Source of the DNA: a virus
Reading direction: 5' to 3' (one strand)
Length of the DNA: 64,000 bases
Virus record (IMG/VR): IMGVR_UViG_3300021364_000017
Location: 3,131 to 67,130 of that record
The stretch's first letter is position 1; each line of letters opens with the position of its first letter. Positions 51,801-61,462 of the stretch are shown here, one piece after another. A program made the position numbers and the translations under genes. The notes beneath the pieces are model-generated. The model saw only the letters and a list, made by a program, of their open reading frames with translations, had not been told where the DNA came from and ran no database searches.

Positions 51801-54800
51801 AATAATATAATTTTTGAGGTATATTTTCCCCAACAGAAAGTGATAGTGATGCATTTTCTGTCAGACCAACACTCCCAGATCTTATAACTTCAAAATTGGA
51901 TGTTGTTTTAGTGGTTACAAATTCATTATTCTTTTCAGGATCGGTAAACAATAATAATTCATATGCTGAAAAATCAAACCCTCCTTTTCTGAATGACAAT
52001 GAACTATCTGACAAATCAAATTTTAAAGTTTGATTTTTTTGTATGTCAATTGGTGGATTTATTCTTGATAGAGTGGCTGTTTTTGCAGAACCAACATTTA
52101 CAAATGTGGGATTTTCTTTTGTAAGTTCGAATTTATTTTCGACTAATTTAATAGTATCATTTCTTAAGACATAGACATAATACAAACCAGAATCAATTAG
52201 ATTTTCTGATGGTCTATTATTTGGAGTATTATAGATTATTTTGTCGCCTGTCTTATACTTATTCTCAGGAACTTTAAATGTATCGTTTACAATATCGACA
52301 TTTGATTCACTAATTTCATCAGGATCAAAAACAATCCTTCTATTTCTATCATTATATTTTACAAAAATTGTGACCGTATTAGTTGGATCTACGTTTACTT
52401 TAACTCTGTCACCATTTTGTAATCCGTGTGTTTGTGCAGTCGAAACTGTTACGACATTTCTTGAAGTCCTTCCTTTTAAAGTTGTTGGAATGTTTGTAGT
52501 AAAACTATGATAATTACTAAGACCTGATTTTGATTGGAAAGATAAAAGACCGCCAGATTGTGAATTACTACCCACATAACTTCCAACAGAATTAACACCT
52601 ACTCTTTGAGACGATATACCAATAATATCTTTAGAAAGTGGAACTGCGAATAAGCTTTCATTATCAGACAAATTGTAAATTGAAGAACCTTGTATCCCAC
52701 TAAATGCTCTAATCGACGCACCTTCGTTAGTTTTATATAATAATGGCGTATTTAAACTTAATCTATGATCTGGAATATAAATTTCTTTTTCATTCAATTG
52801 AATTTGAGTTTTTCCAACTCCAGGATTTGAAAATGTTATTGTAGTAATAGCTCCACTATTTTGAGTTCCAATACCGAGTGATTCGTTTGGATCAAAATAT
52901 AATTCTCTATTAAAAATTAAATTTTCTTTTGTTGAAATATTAGAAGATGTAAATTTAATTTTTCTTGGATCGTCCCTTACAATTGTACCAGCAGGGTGTG
53001 ATACAACCAATGAGTTATCAATACCTCTCAATATCCTAATTCTACCTGATATTTTATCAACATTTAGAACTTTTACTCGTTCCTCCTCAATATTGAGAAT
53101 GTCGTTGGATCTTATAACTCTTTCATCTAATGGACCTGAAAGATATGTATATGTTACAATACCAGTTACAGTATCTGTCCCAAGACCAACTGACAAATAC
53201 CATCTCTCACTGGTTACTCCTACAACATATGAACCTTCAAAATTCTTGTAGTATGATGAAAGATCATCAATAAAAATAGTATCTAAAGATTTGTAATTAT
53301 GCGGTGTAGAAGTTAGACCAACAAATCCATTTTTTGAGTCAATTGTTGAAAATTCGACCTTTTCAATTGTTGTAGATGTAAGACTGATATTATCTACATT
53401 TTTGCCTGATAACTCAGTCACTCTGTAATCAAGATTTCTTCCTCCAGTAAATGTAGTATCAAACTTTACCTTATCATTTATTGAATAATTTTCTCCAGAG
53501 TCTAATATTTCAATATTATCTACGGAACCAGATGAAACTGCAGTAATATCAATTAATTGATTTCTCTCTTTATCTGAATTGAAAATATAATCATAACCAC
53601 TATTTGAATTGTTTGTATAATAAAAAGATGTATTTCTAAAATATGATTCTTCTACTAAATTAAAATCTGTTTGGTTAGATGATGATTTAAAATTAAATTC
53701 TTCAGGTTTAGAATAGTATTCATTTCCTATAACATAAGGAAATACGGGTCTCCTACTATTTTTAAATGGTCCTGAGCCATCTTTATTATTAGAGATAGAA
53801 ACGAAGTATGCATATACACCATTTGGATAATCGGGAGTTACACAGAACCTCCCATTTGATTTGTCCAAATCTCCACTTCCTGTGAAAATATAATCATTTA
53901 CAAAAATGCCTGTGGGAAAATCGTCAGAAGAGGGTCTATTATCAGGACTATTATTAATCTCATACCCAGATTTTAATCTCACTATCCTACCACTACCATT
54001 TCTAAACTTAAATCCATACGGCCCATATATGGGATTTCCATCATATGCCCAGCCTAAAATTGGTGAATGAAAATTGATATTTCCATCATCTTGTGACAAG
54101 TCTGATATACCGAATTTTATATTATTTTCATCGAAACCAGACAAAACATTTAATGAATCTCTGAGAGAACGTGGTGCGTAAAGTGATGCAAATTGAAGTG
54201 AAGAATTATCAATACTTTCACTTATAGTACAGTCGTCCTGCTGTAAATTTGCAAAATTCTTTTCAAACAAATTAATATTCCATGCCTTTATACTTGCCTG
54301 AACTCTTGCACCAGAACCAGAATTTATTACATTGATAGTAGTTTTACCCGATTCATAACCTACACCACCCTTGTTTATAAAAACACTTTCTATTTTTCCA
54401 TCTTTTAGTATGGGTACCAATACAGCAAAATTACCAGTGTCAGATATAATTTCAAGATCTGGGGGAGAATTATAACCAGAACCACCTGAATTAATAACTA
54501 CTTCTTTAATTTCACCATTATTAATTACTGGAGTGAGTTTTGCTTCTTTGCCAGATTCAAATGTTGTCTCTGGTTGTCTTGCAAAATCTATTATTGTAGA
54601 AGCTCCATATCCAACACCACCATCTGTAATATCAATTGATTCAATAGAACCTCTGAACACTGGTTGAACTTCTGCCTGATACAAGAACACATTTCCGATA
54701 AATGGATCCTCAGAAATTAACCAATTAGATCCATTTTGTACCCATACATAATAATCTGTCGGTGTAATTTCATCTACTAGAATCTCAGCCTCATCTTGAG

Positions 54801-57800
54801 TAAATGCTAAAACATTTGTTGGTGTAATGATATTTTTATCAACTGGAGATTCGATCAAGAACAGGTCATTGAAATTTTCTACAAAATCTTTATCATAAAG
54901 TGCAGGAAGTCCCTGAACCTCAACTTTAATTGGTGGATAGTTAAAAGATCCTGTTCCTTGATTAGTAAAATTAATTAAAATATTATTATCATAATAAAAA
55001 TCTCTTGCAGTAGAACCTAAACCAACCTCACTAAGAGAAAATGCGTCATTACTTATTTTCTTTACAAAATACTCATTATCTTCATTAAGTCCATTAATAG
55101 TAACACCAGAACCAACAGTATATTTTATTACTTCTTTTGATTGGTATCCATGATTTATAATTTCTATCTGATTCGATGCAGTATTTACACCGTCGGCAGG
55201 TATTGTTCTTCTCTTATTTTCATAACCTGTTCCCGGATTTGTCACAATTACATCAGACACAACCAATTTTAGTTCTGAAGCAGCAATTACTTGTGGTCCA
55301 CTACCAAAATCTTGTAGTTGAATAGTATTAATACCCAACATCCCTTCAGACATTGTTCTATGTAAAGTTATAGCCTTTTGAGTTTTAACGAAGGCATAAT
55401 ATTCTGCATCTGTAGATAATCCCGAAATTATCTTTTTCTTTCCTGGTTCGTATATAACTCTTTCACCATCTTGAAATTTGTGGTCGTCATCAAATATAAT
55501 TTCGTTTGTCGTTATATTTACATTAGATGAAAAATCTGCTAAAAAAGAATTCTCAAGTCTAATTCTCTTCATTCTTGGTTCTGCAGTAGCACCCTTTCCA
55601 TTTCCACCAGTAATTGAAATGAAAGGGGCCTCAGTATATCCTAAACCGGTATTTGTAACATCAATTCTTTCTAATTTGCCCAGTACATTACATACACCTG
55701 TAGCTCCTACACCAACTTCATCTCTTACATTTAAAATAGGAGGGTTTATAATATCATATCCTGATCCACCTGATTTTATAACGAATTCTTGAATATCACC
55801 ATAATATACACTTTCAGAAGACTTATAATTGAGCAATTCTAAACCATTATTAAAAATACCAATTTTTCCTGGTCTAGTCAATTCTGTTTTATTTCTTTTT
55901 TCTGGACTGAGAACCTTCCTATAAATTGCTTGAGGTTTTATATCTTTATTGTAAAAATCAAGTAAAGTTATTTTTGAGTTTTCAAAAGTACCGCCAATGG
56001 ATACGTAAGTATTTCTGAACAAATCTGACTTACTTTTTGAAAGTTTGAAACTGGATGCATCAACCCTAAATGCGAAATAGGTGCCGGTGATTATTCCTGT
56101 GATGCCATTTCCTTTTGGCTCAACATATAAAGAATCTCCTGTATAAAATCCGTGATCTGATAAAGAACTTGAGTCATTAGTAAAATTGTCTATACTAATT
56201 GTATCTGAGATAGATAATTCATTAGAAAATGTTATACTTTTGCCATACGTATCAATTTCCTGGTCGATATATCTCGGTATAGAGTTTGATGCAATAATAG
56301 TACTTCCATCAAACTTAGAGTAAATGTTTTGAACGTTGCTTACAAAATCTCCAATAGAATACTTTGAAGATTTTCCTTTTAATAATTGATTTTCAAGAAA
56401 AAATATACCATTCGTATCAATATTTTCATTAAACCTTACTACAACATCTTTTAGAGATGAAACTGTAATTACTTCTCCAAGAACAGAATATGAAAAATCT
56501 TCATTTTGATATATTACTTCATAACCTTCTTTAAAGAATGTATCATCATATAAAGAAAAACTATAAGTATTATTACCAAGATTTTTTGTATCTAAAATTT
56601 TAAATTTTGTTTTGATGTTGAAGATATAATTATTATTTTTCTTGCCTGGTGCTTCATATCCAAGCGATTTTATTTCAATAGTATCATCCTTTTCAAAATA
56701 AAAAGTTGGATCATCTTGTACAAAATCCTTAAGAGTAGATGTAAATCTTACTCTTATTTCTTGTGAGGTATCAATACCAACAAATGCATAAGAATATGAG
56801 TCTAGATTTACATTTGTAGTCTTCTTTAATACATTTGTAACACCCACAACATTAAAGAATTGATTTATAGTTTTCCCACTATATGCAATTCCAATCTCCT
56901 GTCCATCAATATCGTCAACGACTATATTTCCAAATTCTGGAAAATCAATAGTAGAATCAACACTGATGACAGTATCTCCAATACCGACATCCTCTAAAAG
57001 TTTAGTAAGAGGGTTTGGTCTAAATTCTCCAAATATAGATCCATTAACATCAGAGTCTCTCTGAAATCCGCTATCAATACTGATTTGATAATATTGAAAA
57101 TTACTATATGGAATTTTTTCTACATTTGTGACAGAACCCCGGGCATTAGTACCCTTTTGGAAAATGGTAAGATTCTGTAATTGTAATGGATCACCCTGAA
57201 GTTTTTCTACAACAAAATCCTTTGTTACCTTATAATCCGCATTTGATGGGGTAAGAAGAAATTGTGATGGACGAATAACTTCTACATCCTCACCATATAA
57301 TGCTCTGAAGAGAATTTCATATGATTGATCTGTACCTTTTGAGGTATAAAAACTATCTGCACCATAAATGAAATTTCTCTGATCAAGATCACCAAATAAA
57401 TTCCTTTCTGTAAATCCTGGTGTAACCTGTCTTTTTAACTTTTTGAAAAACTCTTGAAGAAATAATACGTTTAAATTTTCGACAGTCGTTCCGTTAGAGT
57501 GTTCGTCTATCTCTGATTTTGTAAATGTAAGTTCATCAGGTTTACCGGTGGTGATATATGTGGTGATACCACTAAAACCCCTTTTACAATTTAAAAATTT
57601 TATTTTTGACTTTGTCTCGTAAAAAATTATTTCATCATCAATTTTTATAATACCATTATTTTCAGCAAAACCCTCAGTAGATTCAACTCTTATATTAGTT
57701 TCAGTATAATCTAAATTTTCAGATAGAGTAGTAGAGTTTACAATATTGAAAAGTTCATCAACTTTTACATACTTGTCAATATTGTTGACAATATCGATAG

Positions 57801-57930
57801 GACCACTTTGAGATTCCTGAGATACGTAATATTGCTCTAAAAAATCTGTCAGAAGAGGAAAGTCCTCTCTAACGTATCTTGGAAGTTGACTAGCAACAAT
57901 TTCTTGAAACTTGACTCTATCTATTGCCAT
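45847..57930 (-). CDS. g7: Giant baseplate wedge initiator, gp7-like
   Basis: 4027 aa, located between g6 and g8; QLPRYVREDFP...FYTSKGT...HSPILGWAYDGNPIYGPYG...YYQNFSYSLKS. Confidence 0.8.
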   Translation of the reverse strand: MAIDRVKFQEIVASQLPRYVREDFPLLTDFLEQYYVSQESQSGPIDIVNNIDKYVKVDELFNIVNSTTLSENLDYTETNIRVESTEGFAENNGIIKIDDEIIFYETKSKIKFLNCKRGFSGITTYITTGKPDELTFTKSEIDEHSNGTTVENLNVLFLQEFFKKLKRQVTPGFTERNLFGDLDQRNFIYGADSFYTSKGTDQSYEILFRALYGEDVEVIRPSQFLLTPSNADYKVTKDFVVEKLQGDPLQLQNLTIFQKGTNARGSVTNVEKIPYSNFQYYQISIDSGFQRDSDVNGSIFGEFRPNPLTKLLEDVGIGDTVISVDSTIDFPEFGNIVVDDIDGQEIGIAYSGKTINQFFNVVGVTNVLKKTTNVNLDSYSYAFVGIDTSQEIRVRFTSTLKDFVQDDPTFYFEKDDTIEIKSLGYEAPGKKNNNYIFNIKTKFKILDTKNLGNNTYSFSLYDDTFFKEGYEVIYQNEDFSYSVLGEVITVSSLKDVVVRFNENIDTNGIFFLENQLLKGKSSKYSIGDFVSNVQNIYSKFDGSTIIASNSIPRYIDQEIDTYGKSITFSNELSISDTISIDNFTNDSSSLSDHGFYTGDSLYVEPKGNGITGIITGTYFAFRVDASSFKLSKSKSDLFRNTYVSIGGTFENSKITLLDFYNKDIKPQAIYRKVLSPEKRNKTELTRPGKIGIFNNGLELLNYKSSESVYYGDIQEFVIKSGGSGYDIINPPILNVRDEVGVGATGVCNVLGKLERIDVTNTGLGYTEAPFISITGGNGKGATAEPRMKRIRLENSFLADFSSNVNITTNEIIFDDDHKFQDGERVIYEPGKKKIISGLSTDAEYYAFVKTQKAITLHRTMSEGMLGINTIQLQDFGSGPQVIAASELKLVVSDVIVTNPGTGYENKRRTIPADGVNTASNQIEIINHGYQSKEVIKYTVGSGVTINGLNEDNEYFVKKISNDAFSLSEVGLGSTARDFYYDNNILINFTNQGTGSFNYPPIKVEVQGLPALYDKDFVENFNDLFLIESPVDKNIITPTNVLAFTQDEAEILVDEITPTDYYVWVQNGSNWLISEDPFIGNVFLYQAEVQPVFRGSIESIDITDGGVGYGASTIIDFARQPETTFESGKEAKLTPVINNGEIKEVVINSGGSGYNSPPDLEIISDTGNFAVLVPILKDGKIESVFINKGGVGYESGKTTINVINSGSGARVQASIKAWNINLFEKNFANLQQDDCTISESIDNSSLQFASLYAPRSLRDSLNVLSGFDENNIKFGISDLSQDDGNINFHSPILGWAYDGNPIYGPYGFKFRNGSGRIVRLKSGYEINNSPDNRPSSDDFPTGIFVNDYIFTGSGDLDKSNGRFCVTPDYPNGVYAYFVSISNNKDGSGPFKNSRRPVFPYVIGNEYYSKPEEFNFKSSSNQTDFNLVEESYFRNTSFYYTNNSNSGYDYIFNSDKERNQLIDITAVSSGSVDNIEILDSGENYSINDKVKFDTTFTGGRNLDYRVTELSGKNVDNISLTSTTIEKVEFSTIDSKNGFVGLTSTPHNYKSLDTIFIDDLSSYYKNFEGSYVVGVTSERWYLSVGLGTDTVTGIVTYTYLSGPLDERVIRSNDILNIEEERVKVLNVDKISGRIRILRGIDNSLVVSHPAGTIVRDDPRKIKFTSSNISTKENLIFNRELYFDPNESLGIGTQNSGAITTITFSNPGVGKTQIQLNEKEIYIPDHRLSLNTPLLYKTNEGASIRAFSGIQGSSIYNLSDNESLFAVPLSKDIIGISSQRVGVNSVGSYVGSNSQSGGLLSFQSKSGLSNYHSFTTNIPTTLKGRTSRNVVTVSTAQTHGLQNGDRVKVNVDPTNTVTIFVKYNDRNRRIVFDPDEISESNVDIVNDTFKVPENKYKTGDKIIYNTPNNRPSENLIDSGLYYVYVLRNDTIKLVENKFELTKENPTFVNVGSAKTATLSRINPPIDIQKNQTLKFDLSDSSLSFRKGGFDFSAYELLLFTDPEKNNEFVTTKTTSNFEVIRSGSVGLTENASLSLSVGENIPQKLYYSFNPINLDNIPDKKLKIYEDVDVPNNNSINLVHNKFDGTYTISNITNNTFDYNIPFNPDNNNSFNKNVTYTTVSKNTTGPISKLNGFNKGIGFKSLPGFSSVMSETGSGALLRPSSNTIGKVLSTKFNNIGFGYPSDKTLNVIANLPQVLLVTPLGKFDSIGVNSAGINYSQAPNLIVLDGLTNEQIDVDLDYNLGDDQVRIIKNTNSLNLTPPTFIPTNNTNGFSISSVSYDENTKIVRLGFKNQFSKESDWPFVVGESVLVENIAIGLGTTGKGYNSEDYEYSLFEIKSLDPNLGGNGAYIEYDLTTFLENGEIPGNVTTFESGTVVPERFFPIFEASIKTSPFFKGEIVTNPSGVGIIERFDPISGFLYVQSDKDFEKGSTIISQGSGNAGVVKDLIDFNSTIKLGVGATFISGWQKNSGFLNDSLQVIPNNEYYQNFSYSLKSKISYDRWDDPVSSLSHISGFEKFGDLVVENTAVGIVTVAEIDVVSVVSVIGEESLYCFYDFDGATERTSNISDGKIVSTNIVLENKILIDFFESRGNRVLKIDDFSEEFNSNARETKFSVVDTFDNKYAWNKIFTLVQDSELRNRKQFSAVTVIQDGSNGYVNEYGSIESNIALGSFDYDRQNDDQWDLTFFPNNFKFNNYDISYFSFSGVESVTGVGNTTLGDIISIGSSSLVVPVNTETTLVQIDSAHRSAKVHIQLEDAENNYFYTELNILHDDSGKVELLQYGDINTAPGVTSGFGTFGANTVGSNIDVKFTPIVGTAITANVLVIEVHNQNNNVGSQSLEVSNLESYYLSIFQHSNPVAQTIASYSDPFSSGYFLVTIEDVTNDEYEMFECHLVDSDTLNIVKYGQVLSNCCGLGTVGASVSGSQVNLEFTPNPNTSVNVITFGITLKNYDNIVGINSISDLNNNILFSDYGNYTGTEFDKKTAFELKNNNFPIFERIFNGSDSSVVNTTSNQVTINNHYFVTGEKVNYSYENSESSSANAINIAPTNISGVTTDKLPTEVFIVKISDSKIGFAVSATDALFSSPNLIDITSVGIGTDHKITSQKQNTKSLVAIDNLIQAPLTEVNVSTTLDENIIFDNIFNVVGVQSFKANDLIKIDDEFMLIQDIGVESTNSFRVLRGQLGTKVETHSNGANIELMGGDYNILGNIIHFTSAPFGKTPIGTTTGSPDDRDYIGITTNSSFQGRTFLRSGIENETFDTYFTNYTFDNIQSQFNGQERNFTLLSNGNTVTGFSTQQAIIINSNIIQEPKGTQETIGDFRLVESVGITSIVYTGDNLSSEDDPNKSDVPRGGTIISLGSTNGLGYQPLIQAGATCTVRFGRIESVSIGNSGSGYRVGIQTVVNVGYVNPNTGITSIFNIGTATVQNGNIVAINIDNRGSGLKRSDPPSIVIDAPIPYSNIPLIYSEGQTGVGTGARVDITVGQGSSVIDFDLISGGFAYGIGERLTIETGGPNGIPTTSDFSDNNFEITVSDVYRDTFNGWTLGEIEVFDKLNNKFDGIERKFPLTIAGKPFAIVAVKGSGIVLSQNLIVTINDILQVPGEAYKFTGGGDIEFTEPPKEGDTSKILFYKGTPNVDVVLVDVLETVKPGDSLQLNNDIERGQSIALSQDPRTVTGITTLDTTNTFPYINPGVTTDQTIVRPVTWCKQTTDISIDGKFVTKDRVSQEPSIFPSAYITSFVGLSSNFVYVDTLRPLFNFNRETILIDYQDKINITDQSEIVPATANVSIAGSEVAAISITNNGIGYSNLISPSVSISEPDDKVGGTRATASATVVGNQLFSISIDNVGAGYTQDPLIIVEQPSLRRETIEVNSYRGDQGQIVGFAKSANDLLTIELYIPQDSFVRSANNVGTAITISQIEENDVFVINRSNFSLLSNDTADGIYRATKAYDFEKDLSNVGLGTTTIRRVEFLVSGSSGNGSFNNARIYGEYSYGKIEFINRVSSTALEFSPQPYAGITTSPIVQRFNPLKFDNYIL

Positions 57931-57976
57931 TTTAATTCTTAATTGTGAGATAATCTACTGACGATCTGTTATTAGA

Positions 57977-59923
57977 CTAGGTTGAAGTTGTTTCAACTTG
58001 AGCAGAGGTAATTGGATTACCTCTTACCAATTTGTTTGATCCATAACTTGAAGAAACAATGTAATTTGTTCCTGAGATATCATTTCCAGAGGAAATGTTG
58101 TCGGCAATAACATCAACTGTTGTATTATTTACATCAAGTTGAAGATAGAGATCTTGAAGACCGATTACGTCATTTGAAAGAGGAATTGCTGATATTTCTA
58201 CAATGGAGCTATTTTGACTTACGACGGTGGAAATTATATTAATAGGATTCAACTTAATTTCACCTTTCATATAATCTATAGTTCCAACATTCTGTTTTAC
58301 AATGAATGGTTCAGATGGAGAATTTAATCTAAACAGAAATACCGATCCTTTTTTGAGATCTGCATTTGGTTTGTCTCCCAGATAGACAGTTCCACTTATA
58401 CCACTTACAACGAACCCAGAAGACTTTATATTATACCCAAGACTCTTCACAAATAAATGATTACCAAAACATAACTCATATTCAGCAAACTGATTGAGTT
58501 GTGCAACTAAATCACGTCTCATACTAATATTCGTAATATTTGATGTAATAGATTCATTACTATTATCAATCACTCTCTGGAACTGTGAATATTTGAACCT
58601 TCCACCAAATTGATTCAACTCTGATGAATCGGAATAATTTGTAATATTTTGAGTGACAAGATTTTGAACGAAGGAAGCAGAAGATGCTAAATTTGTATTG
58701 TAATAAACTTCACAATCTGCCTCAATATATAAGAATTTTAAGTCAATGATTTCAGGTCTAATACCTGCAACGGAGAATTTCTTGATTTGTTGTTGAATAT
58801 TCTGCTTGACACCACTTGAAAGGAATACACCATTAAATGGTTTAATACTAATGAATACCTTTCCAAATTGTGGAGGTGTTAAATCTTCACCACCAAATGC
58901 TGAAACTGATTGTGCCTCTGGATAAATCTGTGGGATCAATCCTTCATAATCTGCTGCAGTAACTGCTCTGTTCTGAGATGCATAGATCTGTGGTGCATAC
59001 TTCTTAATTGATTCAACAGATTCAATTGCCTTACCACCACCAGATGCTGACTCTGTCGATATCACAGATACACCAGAACTTATTGTCTGACCATTATTTC
59101 CAACTAAATTTCCGATAAACTGGAAATTGGAAATATTATTTGCTTCTTCACCATTCGATGTGATATAACTTGCTTCAATGAAATTCTGATCTTCTAACTT
59201 AACTCCAAAAATTCCATCACCAAATAATAACTCATATCTTTCTTGCTCAATCTCTTGTATGAAATATGCTCTGGTCGAACTCGTGACCTCAAACAAACTT
59301 GCAAACAATTCAAATTTTCTTGATACAGTTGAAGATTCAGTGTCCTTCACAATCACTGAAATTAAATCTGTATCAATACCTGAGTTTGGTAAAATAAATT
59401 TTTGATTTGGATTACTTCCATCTACAGTAAACTTTTGATTGATATAAGTTCCTTCGTATACAGAAATACTATCAAATGTTGCAGTTCCAGTTGAATCTAC
59501 AGGAACTGTAATATCATTTGGAATTGAGAATACAAAAGTCTTTGTCTTATTTGAAGACGTTGATCTTGATGATAATACTGCTCCGGCCTTCAGTGTGACA
59601 GAAACCGCTGTTGTATTACTTAAATCTACACTAAAGGAAACAATTGACTTCGATGATTTCCTTGATCTTGGTACATACCCGATATTACGCGCGAGAGATA
59701 CTACATTCTCTCTCAGAGTTGCACTATCAATGAATACCTCATTTGATACCATATTGGCATTGTATGAAGTAATATAAGTGTTATAAGCTAAAGTGTCGAT
59801 GATTGTAGATAGATTAGATCCCTCAAAATCATAATCCGTGAAATTTGAATTAGCACGGAGATAATCCTTTATCGATTCCTTGATCTGATCAAAATCTAAG
59901 TTGCTAAAATTAACTAAAGGCAT
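57977..59923 (-). CDS. g6: Baseplate wedge subunit gp6
   Basis: LDFDQIKESIKDYLR...FTDYDFEGSNLS...LAYNT...FIDSATLRENVVSLARNIGYVPRS...QNRAVTAADY. Confidence 0.93.
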   Translation of the reverse strand: MPLVNFSNLDFDQIKESIKDYLRANSNFTDYDFEGSNLSTIIDTLAYNTYITSYNANMVSNEVFIDSATLRENVVSLARNIGYVPRSRKSSKSIVSFSVDLSNTTAVSVTLKAGAVLSSRSTSSNKTKTFVFSIPNDITVPVDSTGTATFDSISVYEGTYINQKFTVDGSNPNQKFILPNSGIDTDLISVIVKDTESSTVSRKFELFASLFEVTSSTRAYFIQEIEQERYELLFGDGIFGVKLEDQNFIEASYITSNGEEANNISNFQFIGNLVGNNGQTISSGVSVISTESASGGGKAIESVESIKKYAPQIYASQNRAVTAADYEGLIPQIYPEAQSVSAFGGEDLTPPQFGKVFISIKPFNGVFLSSGVKQNIQQQIKKFSVAGIRPEIIDLKFLYIEADCEVYYNTNLASSASFVQNLVTQNITNYSDSSELNQFGGRFKYSQFQRVIDNSNESITSNITNISMRRDLVAQLNQFAEYELCFGNHLFVKSLGYNIKSSGFVVSGISGTVYLGDKPNADLKKGSVFLFRLNSPSEPFIVKQNVGTIDYMKGEIKLNPINIISTVVSQNSSIVEISAIPLSNDVIGLQDLYLQLDVNNTTVDVIADNISSGNDISGTNYIVSSSYGSNKLVRGNPITSAQVETTST

Positions 59924-60325
59924 TTACCTAGTGGGTAGTAACACGAACTCTAATTGTTGTGCTTGAGCATCTATTCCTATAATTTCGTATTCGATATTAC
60001 AGTTGAATTCATTATCATCAAAATTAGGAGTGACAATGACATTTAATAAGTTCACTCTTGGTTCAAATGAATTGATTGTGTTTTCAATCTCAGATTGAAT
60101 TGCACTTGCAGTCAAAGTATCTAAATTCTCAAAAAGAAGTTGAGTTACCCTTGATCCAAGTGTTGGTTCAAATGGTTTCTCACCAGGCACAGTAAATACT
60201 AAATTACGAATTGAACGAGCAATTGCATTTGCATTCTTTATCACAATGATGTCATTGTTAATAGGATTAATCTTAAAGGTCGCACTTACGTCCTTAAACC
60301 CCTGACTTACTCTTTGAGCGGGCAC
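59924..60325 (-). CDS. g25: Baseplate wedge subunit gp25
   Basis: FKDVSATF..NP...NAIARSIRNLVFT.PGEKPF.P.LGS...FEPRV; GTG start; AATAAATA at 60351-60358. Confidence 0.92.
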   Translation of the reverse strand: MPAQRVSQGFKDVSATFKINPINNDIIVIKNANAIARSIRNLVFTVPGEKPFEPTLGSRVTQLLFENLDTLTASAIQSEIENTINSFEPRVNLLNVIVTPNFDDNEFNCNIEYEIIGIDAQAQQLEFVLLPTR

Positions 60326-60374
60326 TGTGATAATACAACAATTCTAAAGTTATTTATTACCAATAATTAATTTT

Positions 60375-60530
60375 TTACTCGGTTAAAAGATCAGGTTGAT
60401 TATCCTCATTCTCCCAAAAATCTTTATAATCTACCTCACTTGCTTCATAAAAACCATCTTCTCTTACCTTCTTCTTATTCTTTGGTGTCTTCTGATCGTG
60501 ATTGATTTCTCTGAGAAAATTCTTATCCAT
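60375..60530 (-). CDS. Small hypothetical protein (51 aa), not in the ORF track
   Basis: MDKNFLREINHDQKTPKNKKKVREDGFYEASEVDYKDFWENEDNQPDLLTE; start overlaps the upstream stop. Confidence 0.7.
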   Translation of the reverse strand: MDKNFLREINHDQKTPKNKKKVREDGFYEASEVDYKDFWENEDNQPDLLTE

Positions 60531-61101
60531 CTATTATAAATCCCAACCTAAGGTAATCATTGTCTTTTATATATGTCTCGACTTTATCCCCTTCCCATAT
60601 TGGAATGACTGAATTGTTATTATAACGGAAATCTGAATTGGCTCTTAGATGTATCTCAATTAGATTTCCATCAATATACTCACAATTGATCCAATCGTAT
60701 CTCTCACTTATTTCTTTAAAAACTTTTGGTAATGGTATGTCTCTTTCTACCTTATACCACTTCTTCCACTTGTACAACGGATCCTGAGGGTCTCTCTCAC
60801 CCTTTACAGTGAGTTCCTGTTGCCCCTGATAATAGTCAACTGATATATGCTCACCTTCAAACATCTCACACCAAAACTCACCAGGATGTAAATGTTCAGT
60901 ATCACTCTCCAAATAATCCATCCGAGCGTATCTTCCCATACCCATGAAATTAATACATGGTCTGATAATATAAATGCCAGATGAAGGAACTTCTAAACCC
61001 GCAGGTCCACAAGTATATCCTAACATCTGGCTGATTTGTAACTTATTATAAATCCATAAATCTTGAGGATGAATTGATGACCACTCATCCTCAACAGTCA
61101 T
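60523..61101 (-). CDS. ATP-grasp-like hypothetical protein (likely start MTVEDEW)
   Basis: NKL, YIIRP..N..GMG, FWCEMFEGEHISVDY, INCEYIDGNLIEIHLR resemble ATP-grasp motif order. Confidence 0.55.
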   Translation of the reverse strand: MTVEDEWSSIHPQDLWIYNKLQISQMLGYTCGPAGLEVPSSGIYIIRPCINFMGMGRYARMDYLESDTEHLHPGEFWCEMFEGEHISVDYYQGQQELTVKGERDPQDPLYKWKKWYKVERDIPLPKVFKEISERYDWINCEYIDGNLIEIHLRANSDFRYNNNSVIPIWEGDKVETYIKDNDYLRLGFIIDG

Positions 61102-61108
61102 CTTATAC

Positions 61109-61255
61109 TTATTCTTCTTCATCTAATTCTTGAAATGATAATTTAAGTATCATTACTATATAATAGCTCACTCCAAGTAAAAGTATCAACATACAAATGA
61201 TAATACTCCATGTCACATCATTGACATTATTGAGTGGTCGAAGAATTAGATTCAT
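61109..61255 (-). CDS. Small single-pass membrane protein (48 aa)
   Basis: MNLILRPLNNVNDVTWSIIICMLILLLGVSYYIVMILKLSFQELDEEE; fills the gap between neighbours. Confidence 0.7.
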   Translation of the reverse strand: MNLILRPLNNVNDVTWSIIICMLILLLGVSYYIVMILKLSFQELDEEE

Positions 61256-61258
61256 ATA

Positions 61259-61405
61259 TTAACGTCCCTGTCCACGATACCTTTTTGGTTTACCATTTCG
61301 TGATGTTGCTGCATACTTTGTATGTTGACCTGAACCCTGTCGAGTCTTCTTTGGACGAGACTCAATCATTGATTGACCAGTCAGAGACTTCTTAATCTTT
61401 GCCAT
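61259..61405 (-). CDS. Small basic conserved cyanophage protein (48 aa)
   Basis: MAKIKKSL...PKKTRQGSGQHTKYAATSRNGKPKRYRGQGR; sigma70 promoter just upstream. Confidence 0.8.
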   Translation of the reverse strand: MAKIKKSLTGQSMIESRPKKTRQGSGQHTKYAATSRNGKPKRYRGQGR

Positions 61406-61427
61406 AACTTTACCTGACGACTTTATT

Positions 61428-61462
61428 ACTATAGAGAAAAAAAGGGGTCTTGTCAACCCCTC
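61428..61462 (-). promoter_or_regulatory. Sigma70 promoter TTGACA-17-TATAGT overlapping an intrinsic terminator
   Basis: The - strand reads GAGGGGTTGACAAGACCCCTTTTTTTCTCTATAGT. Confidence 0.75.

Noticed and set aside
36565-57930. Inteins or introns explaining the giant gp7 and VrlC-like ORFs
   Set aside because: No intein splice or homing-endonuclease motifs were noticed; very large sizes are normal for these cyanophage proteins.
453-59777. Dozens of + strand ORFs (60-211 aa) antisense to fibre and baseplate genes, and short alternative-frame - strand ORFs
   Set aside because: They are shadows of Gly/Thr/Ser/Asn-rich codon bias (Pro/Val-rich mirror translations), nested in real genes, with no evident promoter or RBS.
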